Shown: positions 38,858 to 48,801 of the stretch, one piece after another
How the letters are laid out: every line of letters begins with the position of its first letter
How positions within the stretch are numbered: position 1 is the stretch's first letter
Assembly (NCBI GenBank): GCA_019136655.1
Contig: JAGVTU010000024.1
Span: 3,553-67,552, forward strand
Source of the DNA: Bacteroidota bacterium
GTDB lineage: Bacteria; Bacteroidota; Bacteroidia; AKYH767-A; OLB10
Length of the DNA stretch: 64,000 nt
Direction: 5' to 3'
Translations under genes and position numbers: made by a program
Notes under the pieces: generated by a model
What the model saw: the letters and a program-made list of their open reading frames with translations, nothing else
The model's database searches: none
What the model was told of the DNA's origin: nothing

Positions 38858-40114
38858 TTAAGGGTTCTGCTGAACAGGTTGATGTTTCAGGTCGGGGAGT
38901 TTCCAGGTGATGAGTCCTATTAAAGGGAGAAAAGCACACACATGATAAACGAAATAAATATCAGTTGCATCGGCAAGAATACCTAACAATGCAGACCCTA
39001 AACCTCCCATTCCGAATGCAAATCCGAAGAACAATCCCGATATCATTCCTATTTTACCCGGCATAAGCTCCTGCGCATAAACGATAATTGCCGGAAATGC
39101 TGAAGAAATAATAAAACCAATAATAATACTCAGAACAGCTGTCCAGAATAAGTTTACATAAGGCAACAGCAGTGTAAATGGTGCTACTCCAAGAATAGAG
39201 AACCAGATTACATACTTCCTTCCGTATCTGTCGCCAATCGGGCCGCCAAAATAAGTACCCAGTGCAGATGCAGCAAGAAATGCGAATAAAAAAAACTGAG
39301 AGTCTCTGATGCTTACGTGGAATTTTTCAATCAGATAAAAAGTATAATAGCTTCCAATGCTTGATAAATAAAAGTATTTTGAAAAAATAAGTATTAATAA
39401 AATGGCAACAGATGTATGAACTTGTTTTTTTGTCAGATTGGAATGATATTCCATAAGCTTACCTTTTGCTTTTTGCGCTCTTAGCCGCAACATTTTTGGT
39501 TTGGCCCAACGCCCAACATAAATTAAAATTGCTATTGCCAACAATGCAAGTATTCCGAAATAGCCTGCATGACTTCTGCCAAATTTGACAATAACCAAAG
39601 CCGCTAACAAAGGGCCGATGGCAGTGCCGATATTACCACCAACCTGAAAAACGGACTGCGCAAAACCTCGCCTGCCACCGGATGCAAGAAAAGCAATTTT
39701 AGACGACTCAGGATGGAATATGGAAGAACCTGTTCCGATTAATGCAACTGATACTAAAATGCCTGCATAACTTGATGTAAATGAAATAAAAATCAATCCA
39801 ATCAGTGTAAAACACATTCCTATAGCCAAAGAGTATGGCTGTGGCCTTTTGTCTGTAAAAGCACCAACTACAGGTTGCAGAATACTGGCAGTAAGTTGAA
39901 AGGTCAGTTGTATAAGACCTATTTGTGCAAAATTTAAACTGAAAGAACTTTTTAATAAAGGATAGATGGAAGGAATTAAACTTTGCATAGTATCATTCAG
40001 CATGTGCGAAAAACTTATACTGAACAATATACTGTAGGCTGTTATTTGCAATGCTCCTTTGGAAACATCATCTTTAAAAGCAGTGCTACTCATATCAGGC
40101 TGCGAAATTAGCAA
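38858..40114 (-). CDS. MFS transporter
   Basis: 12 predicted TM helices with the MFS motif between TM2 and TM3 (GAFTDKRPQ), 418 aa. Confidence 0.75.
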   Translation of the reverse strand: MLISQPDMSSTAFKDDVSKGALQITAYSILFSISFSHMLNDTMQSLIPSIYPLLKSSFSLNFAQIGLIQLTFQLTASILQPVVGAFTDKRPQPYSLAIGMCFTLIGLIFISFTSSYAGILVSVALIGTGSSIFHPESSKIAFLASGGRRGFAQSVFQVGGNIGTAIGPLLAALVIVKFGRSHAGYFGILALLAIAILIYVGRWAKPKMLRLRAQKAKGKLMEYHSNLTKKQVHTSVAILLILIFSKYFYLSSIGSYYTFYLIEKFHVSIRDSQFFLFAFLAASALGTYFGGPIGDRYGRKYVIWFSILGVAPFTLLLPYVNLFWTAVLSIIIGFIISSAFPAIIVYAQELMPGKIGMISGLFFGFAFGMGGLGSALLGILADATDIYFVYHVCAFLPLIGLITWKLPDLKHQPVQQNP

Positions 40115-40299
40115 AGCTATGCTTCATACTTAGTTTTCAGAAATAATTCTGTAGAATTATTCATTCTTAATTTATTTAGCAAAATATGTTATAGCCGTAA
40201 AACATCCGTTATGTTAATGTTGTTATAACGATTCTATTTTACTCATCAGGTCATCTTGCTTTAACTTAAATTTGTACTCTTTTCAAATAAAACTCATCT

Positions 40300-42072
40300 G
40301 TGCGCATCTTACTAAAATACCTTAAACAACACTGGAAGCTGGTTGTATTAGCCTTGTTGCTTGCAACCATCAATCAATGTTTCTCATTACTTGATCCATT
40401 GATTGCTGGAAAAATGTTAGACAAATTTGCCATGCATGTTTCGGTGTTCGGAAAAGATTTCTCTCTCTTTTTCAGCGAAATTATCTGGTATCTGCTGGCA
40501 TTGGTCGGTGTAGCTCTTGTATCGCGAATTGCAAAAAATCTGCAAGACTATTTTGTCAACGTGATTGTGCAGAGAACAGGTGCTCAAATGTACAGTGATG
40601 GAATTAAACATTCGCTTGAATTGCCTTATCAGATGTTTGAAGATCAGAGAAGCGGTGAAACACTGGGCAAATTGCAAAAGGTAAGAATTGACTGTGAGAA
40701 GTTTATTAATTCTTTTATCAGTATCCTGTTTCAGTCGCTGGTTGGGATTGTATTTGTAATGGTTTACGCCATCAGAATTCACTGGGCCATTGCACCTGTA
40801 TTCATATTAACAGTACCTGTACTTGCATTGGTGAGCAATATGCTGAGTAAAAAAATCAAAAGAATTTCCAAAACGATACTTGGTGAGACAACATCATTAG
40901 CCGGTGCTACAACTGAATCACTTCGAAATATTGAACTGGTGAAAAGTTTAGGCCTTGCCCGCCAGGAGGAAAACCGGTTGAATTCGGTGACTGATAAAAT
41001 TCTGAATCTTGAACTGAAGAAAGTAAAATTTATTCGTAGCCTCAGCTTTATCCAGGGTACTACTGTTAATTTTCTTCGTACTGCTTTTGTGTTTCTGTTG
41101 TATTATCTGATTTTCAAAGATGAAATTTCACCGGGCAACATGATGACACTGATGTTTTATTCCTTCTTTATTTTCGGTCCTTTGCAGGAACTGGGCAACG
41201 TGATTGCTGTTTACCGCGAAGCCGAAGCATCACTCAATAATTTTAAAGAATTAATGGAAATGCCACAGGAGTATAAGCCATCCTCCCCCCTGCGCCTTAA
41301 CGAAGTTAAGCATCTCGAGTTTCAGGATGTTTCATTTAAACATTTGTCTGCACCCACACATGCCTTGTCTGACATCAGTTTTAAAGTTCAGCAGGGTGAA
41401 ACCATTGCCTTTGTTGGACCTTCAGGAAGTGGTAAAAGTACTCTGGTAAAATTACTGGTAGGATTATACACTCCATTGTCAGGCAGCATCCGTTATAACG
41501 GAACTTCTTCCACAGAAATAAACCTTGATGATTTGCGCAAACAAATAGGTTTCGTTACTCAGGATACACAATTGTTTGCCGGAACTATCAGAGAAAATTT
41601 GCTCTTCGTAAAACCAGAAGCAACAGACGAACAGATTCTGGATGTGTTACACAAAGCTGCTTGCCATACACTTCTTGCACGTGCAGATAAAGGTATCAAT
41701 ACCATGATTGGCGAAGGAGGCGTAAAAGTTTCAGGTGGTGAAAAACAAAGGATTTCAATAGCACGTGCATTGCTGCGAAATCCAAAACTGCTCGTATTAG
41801 ACGAAGCTACATCAGCACTCGATTCCATAACCGAAGAAGAAATTACTTCAACAATAAAAAACATTAACAGCGATAAAAATATTATCACCATTCTTATTGC
41901 TCACAGGTTATCTACAGTGATGCATGCGGACAGGATTTTTGTTTTGGAAAAAGGCCACATTGCTGAACAGGGAAAACATCTGTCGCTGATAGATGAAAAA
42001 GGGCTTTATTATGCCATGTGGAGACAACAAATAGGTGAACGGAAAATTTCGGACTATGCAGTTGCAACATGA
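40300..42072 (+). CDS. ABC transporter ATP-binding/permease (type I exporter, MsbA-like)
   Basis: TMD followed by NBD: Walker A GPSGSGKST, signature VSGGEKQRISIARAL, Walker B LLVLDEATSALD, 590 aa. Confidence 0.85.
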   Translation: MRILLKYLKQHWKLVVLALLLATINQCFSLLDPLIAGKMLDKFAMHVSVFGKDFSLFFSEIIWYLLALVGVALVSRIAKNLQDYFVNVIVQRTGAQMYSDGIKHSLELPYQMFEDQRSGETLGKLQKVRIDCEKFINSFISILFQSLVGIVFVMVYAIRIHWAIAPVFILTVPVLALVSNMLSKKIKRISKTILGETTSLAGATTESLRNIELVKSLGLARQEENRLNSVTDKILNLELKKVKFIRSLSFIQGTTVNFLRTAFVFLLYYLIFKDEISPGNMMTLMFYSFFIFGPLQELGNVIAVYREAEASLNNFKELMEMPQEYKPSSPLRLNEVKHLEFQDVSFKHLSAPTHALSDISFKVQQGETIAFVGPSGSGKSTLVKLLVGLYTPLSGSIRYNGTSSTEINLDDLRKQIGFVTQDTQLFAGTIRENLLFVKPEATDEQILDVLHKAACHTLLARADKGINTMIGEGGVKVSGGEKQRISIARALLRNPKLLVLDEATSALDSITEEEITSTIKNINSDKNIITILIAHRLSTVMHADRIFVLEKGHIAEQGKHLSLIDEKGLYYAMWRQQIGERKISDYAVAT

Positions 42073-42685
42073 TTTTAAAAGTTTAAAAAGTTTTCTTGTT
42101 GACAGACTGCAAATAGCCCTCCCTGGACAACAAGCACAGCTCAGGATGGTTCCTCCCTACCGTTCTATTCATTTACCTGAAAGTGGATTTAAAAAGAGTT
42201 CTGTATGCGTACTAATAAAGTCTATAAATAATAATCCACACATTGTAATGATAGAGCGTACTGATGACGGAAAAGTTCACAGTGGGCAGATTGCTTTTCC
42301 GGGAGGTAAAATGGAAGTTGATGAAACTATTAATCAAACTGCTTTGCGCGAACTAGAAGAAGAAACAGGCATATCTTCTGCATTTCCGGAAATTGCAGGT
42401 TCACTGACTCCTTTGTATATTCCTCCAAGCAATTTCATGGTTTACCCTATAGTAAGTTTTCTCAGTACTGAATCAAAATTTTCACCCAATATTTCTGAAG
42501 TGAAACGCATTTTAGAGATACCTCTCTCATCCTTTTTTGAACCTGGAATAATTGATGTCCATGCAAAACACACCTCTGTGAGAGGATTGGTTACTTCACC
42601 GGCATACCGCGTAGGCGGAGTTGTTATTTGGGGCGCTTCTGCTATGATTCTTTCTGAATTTCTGGCTCTGTTTGAAAAAAATTAA
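42056..42685 (+). CDS. NUDIX hydrolase, CoA pyrophosphatase-like
   Basis: Nudix box GGKMEVDETINQTALRELEEETGI, 200-216 aa. Start ambiguous; overlaps the end of the upstream ABC gene. Confidence 0.7.
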   Translation: MQLQHDFKSLKSFLVDRLQIALPGQQAQLRMVPPYRSIHLPESGFKKSSVCVLIKSINNNPHIVMIERTDDGKVHSGQIAFPGGKMEVDETINQTALRELEEETGISSAFPEIAGSLTPLYIPPSNFMVYPIVSFLSTESKFSPNISEVKRILEIPLSSFFEPGIIDVHAKHTSVRGLVTSPAYRVGGVVIWGASAMILSEFLALFEKN

Positions 42686-42745
42686 AATTATTAAGGCCAT
42701 TACTCTTATTTGTATTATTTTTACACTTATAAAACCATATAAGAT

Positions 42746-44314
42746 ATGAATAGATATTTACTTTCACTCACATCCGCAGCTTTATTATCTGTTGGTACTA
42801 CCAACGTAAATGCTCAGCGCTTTCTTACCGAAGTATTTCCTTCAGTAAATGTAACCACCAATGTGGTTTACGCTCAAAACTATGAAGTTCTAACAGGAAC
42901 ACCTGTGCTCAAAGATTTAAAAATGGACATTTATGAACCGGCAGGTGCACCCGATCCAATGACTACACGTCCTTTGGTAATTTATCTGCATACCGGAAGT
43001 TATATTCCTGTAATCATCAATGGAAATGCCACAGGATCACGCAACGACAGTGCCTCTGTTGAAATTTGTAAACAAATGGCACGCAGAGGATATGTAGCTG
43101 CCAATATTGATTATCGTTTGGGATGGGATCCTACCAACAGCAACCTCGACATTCGCAGAGGAACATTGCTGAATGCAGTATATCGTTCCATTCAGGATGC
43201 AAAAGCCTGTGTTCGATATTTCAGAAAAGATGTTGCTACAAATAACAATGCTTATGGCATTGATGAAAACAATATTTTCCTTATTGGTCAGGGAACCGGA
43301 GGTTATATTGCTTTAAACTATGCTGTGTTGAACAACTCTTCAGAAATTACATTACCGAAATTTATCAGCAGTACTGATGCTCCTGCTTACGGAATCTTTG
43401 CAGGACAACCATACGTAAATCAGACTGCGCTTGGTGATTTTGATGGCTTTGGCGGTGTGGCTCCTTTTAATAATGAAAATCATCCCGGATACTCCAGCAA
43501 TGTACAGTTTGCAGTAAATCTTGGTGGTGCTATGGGCGACAGTTCATGGATTGCTGCAGGAGATATTCCAATGATTGGAATTCATTGTGTGGATGACCCA
43601 TTTGCTCCGTTTGGTGTGGGTATAGTTTACGTACCTACAACACCACCTCAATCAGTTGTTGATGTTATCGGATCCGGTGAAGTAATTAAATGGGCAAACC
43701 AACTTGGAAATAACAACTGTTTTATCAATGCCGGATTTACAGATCCTTATACTCTGCGTGCAAACAGCATCAATAATGGTTTGGACGGATTGTTTCCATT
43801 GCAACAAGGTATCAATCCTATCAATCCTCAATTAGGTCATGCAGGACCTTGGGAATGGTACGATTTGCAGGCTACACGCGATCTTGCAGTTGCTATGGGT
43901 TATCAGCCAACACGCGGTGATACCTGTTATGGAAATTCAATGTTGACCAATCCTGCCATGAGCAAGGCTTATGCTTTAGCCTACATTGATACAATTATGA
44001 ATTACATCAATCCACGTTTGGTATATTGCCGCAGCCTCCCAACAGGAATCAATGAAACTTCAACACACAGCAGCAGCATAACTATCTACAACAGTCCTTC
44101 CAAAAATTATTTCACTGTGGCTTCAACAAGCAATGAACCAATGAGAAGTATTGAAGTATATGATGTAAAAGGCGCACTTTTATCTCGTATTTCAAATATC
44201 AATTCATACAATCAGAGAGTTGAAAAGTCTTCGGTAAATATGAATAAGGGTATGGTATTGGTGAAAATCATTTTTGACAATAATGTAGTAACCAAAAAGG
44301 TATTATTAGATTGA
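42746..44314 (+). CDS. secreted T9SS cargo protein with C-terminal sorting domain (esterase/alpha-beta-hydrolase-like N-terminal region)
   Basis: Signal peptide (LLSVGTTNVNAQ). C-terminal ~80 aa fit the T9SS type-A CTD (IEVYDVKGALLSRI...GMVLVKIIFDNNVVTKKVLLD). The body has an HTGSY / GQGTGGY esterase-like layout but no obvious Ser nucleophile. Confidence 0.7.
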   Translation: MNRYLLSLTSAALLSVGTTNVNAQRFLTEVFPSVNVTTNVVYAQNYEVLTGTPVLKDLKMDIYEPAGAPDPMTTRPLVIYLHTGSYIPVIINGNATGSRNDSASVEICKQMARRGYVAANIDYRLGWDPTNSNLDIRRGTLLNAVYRSIQDAKACVRYFRKDVATNNNAYGIDENNIFLIGQGTGGYIALNYAVLNNSSEITLPKFISSTDAPAYGIFAGQPYVNQTALGDFDGFGGVAPFNNENHPGYSSNVQFAVNLGGAMGDSSWIAAGDIPMIGIHCVDDPFAPFGVGIVYVPTTPPQSVVDVIGSGEVIKWANQLGNNNCFINAGFTDPYTLRANSINNGLDGLFPLQQGINPINPQLGHAGPWEWYDLQATRDLAVAMGYQPTRGDTCYGNSMLTNPAMSKAYALAYIDTIMNYINPRLVYCRSLPTGINETSTHSSSITIYNSPSKNYFTVASTSNEPMRSIEVYDVKGALLSRISNINSYNQRVEKSSVNMNKGMVLVKIIFDNNVVTKKVLLD

Positions 44315-44330
44315 TAAAACCATTTTTCTG

Positions 44331-44362
44331 AAAAAAAGCTGTCGGTAAGGCAGCTTTTTTTA
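44331..44362 (+). terminator. rho-independent terminator after T9SS cargo gene
   Basis: Stem AGCTGTC / GGCAGCT with 5-nt loop, followed by T7. Confidence 0.65.
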
Positions 44363-44441
44363 TTTTTAACATCTGATGTTTCAGTTTGAACAAGGTTAGA
44401 AATTTGCAACAGAAATACTAATTGAAAAAATAACACACAAA

Positions 44442-45029
44442 ATGATTTTTGAATTTAATGGATTTCGTCCTGTTGTGCATGAGAGTGCCTATGTGCATGA
44501 ACAAGCTACCGTAACCGGTGATGTCATCATTGGCAAGGACGTTTATATAGCTCCCGGTGCTGCCATCCGTGGCGATTGGGGAACGATCATTATTGAAGAT
44601 GGTTGCAATGTTCAGGAGAATTGTACCATTCATATGTTTCCTGGAGTAACTGTTTTATTGAAAGAAGGCGCCCACATCGGACATGGTGCTGTTATTCATG
44701 GTGCTACCATAGGTCGCAACTCACTCATTGGAATGAATGCTGTAGTTATGGATAATGTTGTAGTTGGCGAAGGTTGTATAATTGGAGCACTCTGTTTTGT
44801 TCCGGATGGAATGGTTATTCCCGACAGAAAAATTGTAGTTGGCAATCCTGCAAAAATTATCAAAGACGTAAGTGATGAAATGTTGCAATGGAAAACAAAA
44901 GGCACTCAGTTGTATCAGCAATTGCCTTCACAATTATACCATACACTCAAACCCTGTGCGCCTTTACGCAGTCCTGAACCTGATAGAAAAAAGCAGGAAT
45001 CTTTCTTCAGTACATGGAAGAAGAAATAA
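44442..45029 (+). CDS. gamma carbonic anhydrase family protein (left-handed beta-helix, PaaY/CaiE-like)
   Basis: Hexapeptide repeats with His ligands (HESAYVHEQATVTGDVIIG, CTIHMFPG, HIGHGAVIHGATIG), 195 aa. Confidence 0.8.
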   Translation: MIFEFNGFRPVVHESAYVHEQATVTGDVIIGKDVYIAPGAAIRGDWGTIIIEDGCNVQENCTIHMFPGVTVLLKEGAHIGHGAVIHGATIGRNSLIGMNAVVMDNVVVGEGCIIGALCFVPDGMVIPDRKIVVGNPAKIIKDVSDEMLQWKTKGTQLYQQLPSQLYHTLKPCAPLRSPEPDRKKQESFFSTWKKK

Positions 45030-45089
45030 TAAAACTGAAAATTTTTTTTGGATTGAAGAATTGAATATAAACAAAAGAAAAACTTTTTC

Positions 45090-47180
45090 TCAAAAATCGG
45101 TTTCTTCTCTTATTTGCCCATCACGCATTTTACCCAGAATCTTAAACTCTGTACGTCTGTTGAGTTGTCGTCCTTTCGGATTATCTCTTCCATCAGGTTT
45201 GGTATTGGGAGCCACAGGCTTTGTTTCTCCAAAACCTTTTGCACGCAGTCTGTTGGGGTCAATACCTTTCTCCACAAGATAATTCACTACACTTTCTGCA
45301 CGTTTTTGCGACAGAATCATATTAGACTCATCACTTCCAATCGCATCTGTATGCGAATGGATTTCTACACCGAGGTCTGCATTCTTCTCAAGAAAAACAA
45401 CCAGTGTGGTGTCCAGTGCATTTCTTGCTTTTTGAGTAAGCAGCGGACTGGCAAACTCATAATAGATATTTGTAAGCAACAAAGGAGCTTCAGGAATAGC
45501 GCGAATGTGAATATCAATAGAAATATCTCCTGAACGTGTTTTACCCATTGTGCTCAGTGCAATTACTTCATTAAGGTAACCTTCTTTGCGAGCCGTTATA
45601 CGATATTGATTATTGGGCGACAGTTCAATATTAAAACGTCCCTGATCGTCAGAACTTGTTCTGCCAAGCGGTATATAGGTTGAATCTTCCTTATTCTGCA
45701 TTTCAACAAGTATGCTGGCTCTTCTCACAGGAATCATTGAAGCTTTCTTTCTTTTTATTGAAGGATCTATTTCATACAAAAAGCCTTTACCGCTCAGATG
45801 AATGGCATCAAGATATATAAACTCAAAAATATCATCACAACATGAGCCGCGGTTTACACCATTTTCTATTACATGTCTGTTGGAAACCAAAAGTCCATTA
45901 TCCTGATTGGACGGTGCAACTACAAAATACAAATCGTCATAGTTTGAATTTATTGGTACCCCCATATTCACAGGTTGTGTCCACTTTTTCATCTCACCAT
46001 TGGTCTTAAAAATATCCAACCCTCCTATTCCCTGCCATCCATCAGAACTGAAATAAAGTGTTTGTGTTTTAGGATCAATAAACGGAGATACTTCATCACC
46101 TGATGTGTTTATTTTCGAACCTGCATTAACCGGCACTTTATAAGTTTTCGTTTTATTATCAAAAGAAGTGTACCAAATATCCATTCCACCTTTTCCACCA
46201 TCTCTGTCGCTTACAAAATAAATAATCTCTTCTCCTCTTTTCTTTGAATTCATTCCAATTGCAGGTTGTGTGGATGTATATTTAGGATCATTCACTTCTG
46301 CTCCTAATGACACAGGTTCTGTCCATGTTCCATTGTTAAAGAAACTCACATAAATTGCGCAGATGACTTTATTGCGGTTATTTCTCTTACATCGTGTGAA
46401 ATAAAATCTCAGTTTATCCTGAGAATACACTCCATTAAGTGTATGCTGGCCGGGTACATTATAAAATCCGGGCAGTTCGCCTTCATCTTTCCACTCATTG
46501 CTATCTCTTACGGCAACAAAAATCTTTCGCATTGGCTCGTCAGATGTAGAGTCCTTTGCGTTAAAATCAAAGGTAGTCTGATCCGTTTTGAGCGAACCAT
46601 AAATGATTGTTGTATCATTGATAAAGAACGGTGATGATTCAACGTGTGACGTGTTGATGCCGTCAGGCAAATGTTCTATCGCTATCTTTTGAGCATTACG
46701 GCTAAGGCTGTCAGCAAACTGTGCAGCTATTCCATAATTCTTAATTCTTTTGGTGAAATCACTTTTATCAGCACCCTGATACTCTTTTTTAAACTTGGCG
46801 AAATATTCATCTGCCTTTTTATAGTTACCCAATGATTTCTGAACTTCAGCATAATAAAAAAGTGCCAGTGCATTTTTTTTTGGGTTAAGGTTATAAGCTT
46901 TCAGGTATGCATCCTGTGCGCTCCTGTATTCCTTTGCCAAACGATAGCTTTCTGCCAACTGATAACTAACTTTATAATCTGTTGGTTTGCGTTTACAGAA
47001 TTCCTCATAGTACATTGCAGCACTGCTGAAGTCGTTCAACTCTGCAGATCGTTTACCCAACCGTTTCAACTGATCGAGACTATACTTTTGCAAAACATTA
47101 TTTTCTGTTTGCCCTGCAACAGTTCCACACATGGCCATTAACACCAACAACCAAACCCATGAAATTCTAATACCGCTCAC
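45090..47180 (-). CDS. PorE-like T9SS peptidoglycan-binding protein (TPR + TolB-like beta-propeller + CRD + OmpA_C)
   Basis: Signal/lipoprotein-like N-terminus (LVLMAMCGT), TPR repeats (AAMYYEEF...YQLAESYRLAKEYRSAQDAY...), beta-propeller repeats, a carboxypeptidase-regulatory-like segment (QGRFNIELSPNNQYRITARKEGY) and a C-terminal OmpA domain (TDAIGSDESNMILSQKRAESV...NRRTEF). The domain order matches P. gingivalis PorE. Overlaps porP/sprF by 14 nt. Confidence 0.65.
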   Translation of the reverse strand: MSGIRISWVWLLVLMAMCGTVAGQTENNVLQKYSLDQLKRLGKRSAELNDFSSAAMYYEEFCKRKPTDYKVSYQLAESYRLAKEYRSAQDAYLKAYNLNPKKNALALFYYAEVQKSLGNYKKADEYFAKFKKEYQGADKSDFTKRIKNYGIAAQFADSLSRNAQKIAIEHLPDGINTSHVESSPFFINDTTIIYGSLKTDQTTFDFNAKDSTSDEPMRKIFVAVRDSNEWKDEGELPGFYNVPGQHTLNGVYSQDKLRFYFTRCKRNNRNKVICAIYVSFFNNGTWTEPVSLGAEVNDPKYTSTQPAIGMNSKKRGEEIIYFVSDRDGGKGGMDIWYTSFDNKTKTYKVPVNAGSKINTSGDEVSPFIDPKTQTLYFSSDGWQGIGGLDIFKTNGEMKKWTQPVNMGVPINSNYDDLYFVVAPSNQDNGLLVSNRHVIENGVNRGSCCDDIFEFIYLDAIHLSGKGFLYEIDPSIKRKKASMIPVRRASILVEMQNKEDSTYIPLGRTSSDDQGRFNIELSPNNQYRITARKEGYLNEVIALSTMGKTRSGDISIDIHIRAIPEAPLLLTNIYYEFASPLLTQKARNALDTTLVVFLEKNADLGVEIHSHTDAIGSDESNMILSQKRAESVVNYLVEKGIDPNRLRAKGFGETKPVAPNTKPDGRDNPKGRQLNRRTEFKILGKMRDGQIREETDF

Positions 47181-48171
47181 AAGGAATCTTTATTTTAAAT
47201 AATTTAGAACTTAATGCTGTGTAAATAATACTAATTTCAAATCCTCCTCTGCTTGCTGTGGCTGTATGCAAACCTGAAATATTTACATCGTAACTCACGG
47301 CCACATCAAACAGATCGTACTTCACTGCCAACACAGGTATAATGGCATCGGTTCCGCTGCCTCTCGAGGTGCGCACATAAAGCCCTGCGCTCACTTCTTT
47401 AAACTTCGAATTTTCAATATCCAGTTTTCGTGTTGCAGTTACTCCCGGAACCCACTCATTGGCCTTTACCTGTTCCATAAAAAGTAACTGGCCTGTTAAT
47501 GTAATATTATCATTCAGCAGAAATGCATCAGAAAGAGTAACACATTTTCTCCATGGTAATTTATTGTTTGTATTAAAAAAAGTATCCTTTGGTTTGTTCA
47601 GATGAAAAATGGCAAAACCGACCTTAGCTGTATGTCTGTCAAGACTCAGCTGATAACCTATGCCTGCGTTAAAATCGCCATAAGTTCTTTTATCGTCCAG
47701 CACACTTTCGTTATTGGGCATGCCGGGATCAAAATATCCTAAGTTCTGATTAAACTGCTCCGGAAGTGTTATCTTACTTCTGTCAATAGATTTAAAAATA
47801 AAATTTTCCTGAATGCCTATTGTGATACTGTGTATATCAAACTGTTTATTCCAGGCCAATGACAAACCTGCCCGCGCTGATTTTAAATAATTGATACCGG
47901 AGCGGTCATAAACAAACAATAATCCTCCGCTGAACTGCTGTGTTCCTATGTTGAACTGTTTATCGAAAGAAAATGCATTGGTAATGTAACCGGGATCAAG
48001 TCTTGACCACTGACTGCGATACGTGTTAGCCACTCTGAAATCGCCTTCATACCATCCTGTAAATCCGGGATTGAGTGTAAGTGGTGAATTATAATATTGC
48101 GAAAAATGAATATCCTGACCTTTTAAGTTCAGGCTGAAGAAAAAAGCCATCAATAACCAGAATACTCTCAT
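47167..48171 (-). CDS. type IX secretion system membrane protein PorP/SprF family
   Basis: Canonical N-terminus KGQDIHFSQYYNSPLTLNPGFTG and a beta-barrel-like body, 334 aa. Confidence 0.85.
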   Translation of the reverse strand: MRVFWLLMAFFFSLNLKGQDIHFSQYYNSPLTLNPGFTGWYEGDFRVANTYRSQWSRLDPGYITNAFSFDKQFNIGTQQFSGGLLFVYDRSGINYLKSARAGLSLAWNKQFDIHSITIGIQENFIFKSIDRSKITLPEQFNQNLGYFDPGMPNNESVLDDKRTYGDFNAGIGYQLSLDRHTAKVGFAIFHLNKPKDTFFNTNNKLPWRKCVTLSDAFLLNDNITLTGQLLFMEQVKANEWVPGVTATRKLDIENSKFKEVSAGLYVRTSRGSGTDAIIPVLAVKYDLFDVAVSYDVNISGLHTATASRGGFEISIIYTALSSKLFKIKIPCERY

Positions 48172-48364
48172 TGATTTTGGTACGGTTTTAAAAATCGGTT
48201 AAAAGTACTTCTTCTCCTTTAAATGCCCAAGTGAAAAGTGTATAACCTCTGCAATATGTTAATTAATTTTTATCCCGACAAAAAAAATATTCATTTCAAT
48301 ACTGTGTCCGAAAAATGATTCAGATTCTTAGACCGTTCAATCCTGTCCCATTGAGTCTAATTTT

Positions 48365-48372
48365 TACTTTTG
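48365..48372 (+). promoter_or_regulatory. candidate -7 box TACTTTTG immediately upstream of thioesterase gene
   Basis: Matches the Bacteroidota TAnnTTTG consensus and ends 5 nt before the ATG at 48378. Argues against the longer ORF-track start at 48315. Confidence 0.3.
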
Positions 48373-48377
48373 CACTC

Positions 48378-48800
48378 ATGAATGATCATTCAAATGCACA
48401 AAAAGTAGTGGAACACATGATGCATCACGACCGCTTCAGCCAGTGGTTAGGCATCGAATGTCTGGTGATGCAAGCAGGTAAAAGTGTTATCCGTTTAAAA
48501 GTAAGAGACGAAATGGTAAATGGTTTTGGCATTGCACATGGTGGCATAGCTTTTTCGCTTGCAGACAGTGCCCTTGCATTTGCATCCAATGCTTATGGAA
48601 GGCTTTCGGTAGCACTGGAGTGTTCTGTTTCCTATCCTGCTCCTGTGCATGTAGGTGATGAACTAACAGCTACTGCTGAAGAATTGTCAATGACCAACAA
48701 AATTGGAGTTTATCATATAACCGTTACCAACCAGAAAAACGAGAAGGTGGCCTTTTTCAGAGGTACCGTTTACAGAACCAGTAAAGAATATTTTAAATAA
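48378..48800 (+). CDS. PaaI/YbgC-type hotdog-fold thioesterase
   Basis: Hotdog fold with the GHGG-like motif (NGFGIAHGGIAFSLADSA), about 140 aa. Confidence 0.75.
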   Translation: MNDHSNAQKVVEHMMHHDRFSQWLGIECLVMQAGKSVIRLKVRDEMVNGFGIAHGGIAFSLADSALAFASNAYGRLSVALECSVSYPAPVHVGDELTATAEELSMTNKIGVYHITVTNQKNEKVAFFRGTVYRTSKEYFK

Positions 48801-48801
48801 C

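Noticed and set aside
48315-48377. Longer N-terminal start for the PaaI-like thioesterase
   Set aside because: A TAnnTTTG-type -7 box (48365-48372) lies inside this extension and the extra residues are hydrophobic low complexity. The ATG at 48378 gives a conventional hotdog-fold N-terminus.
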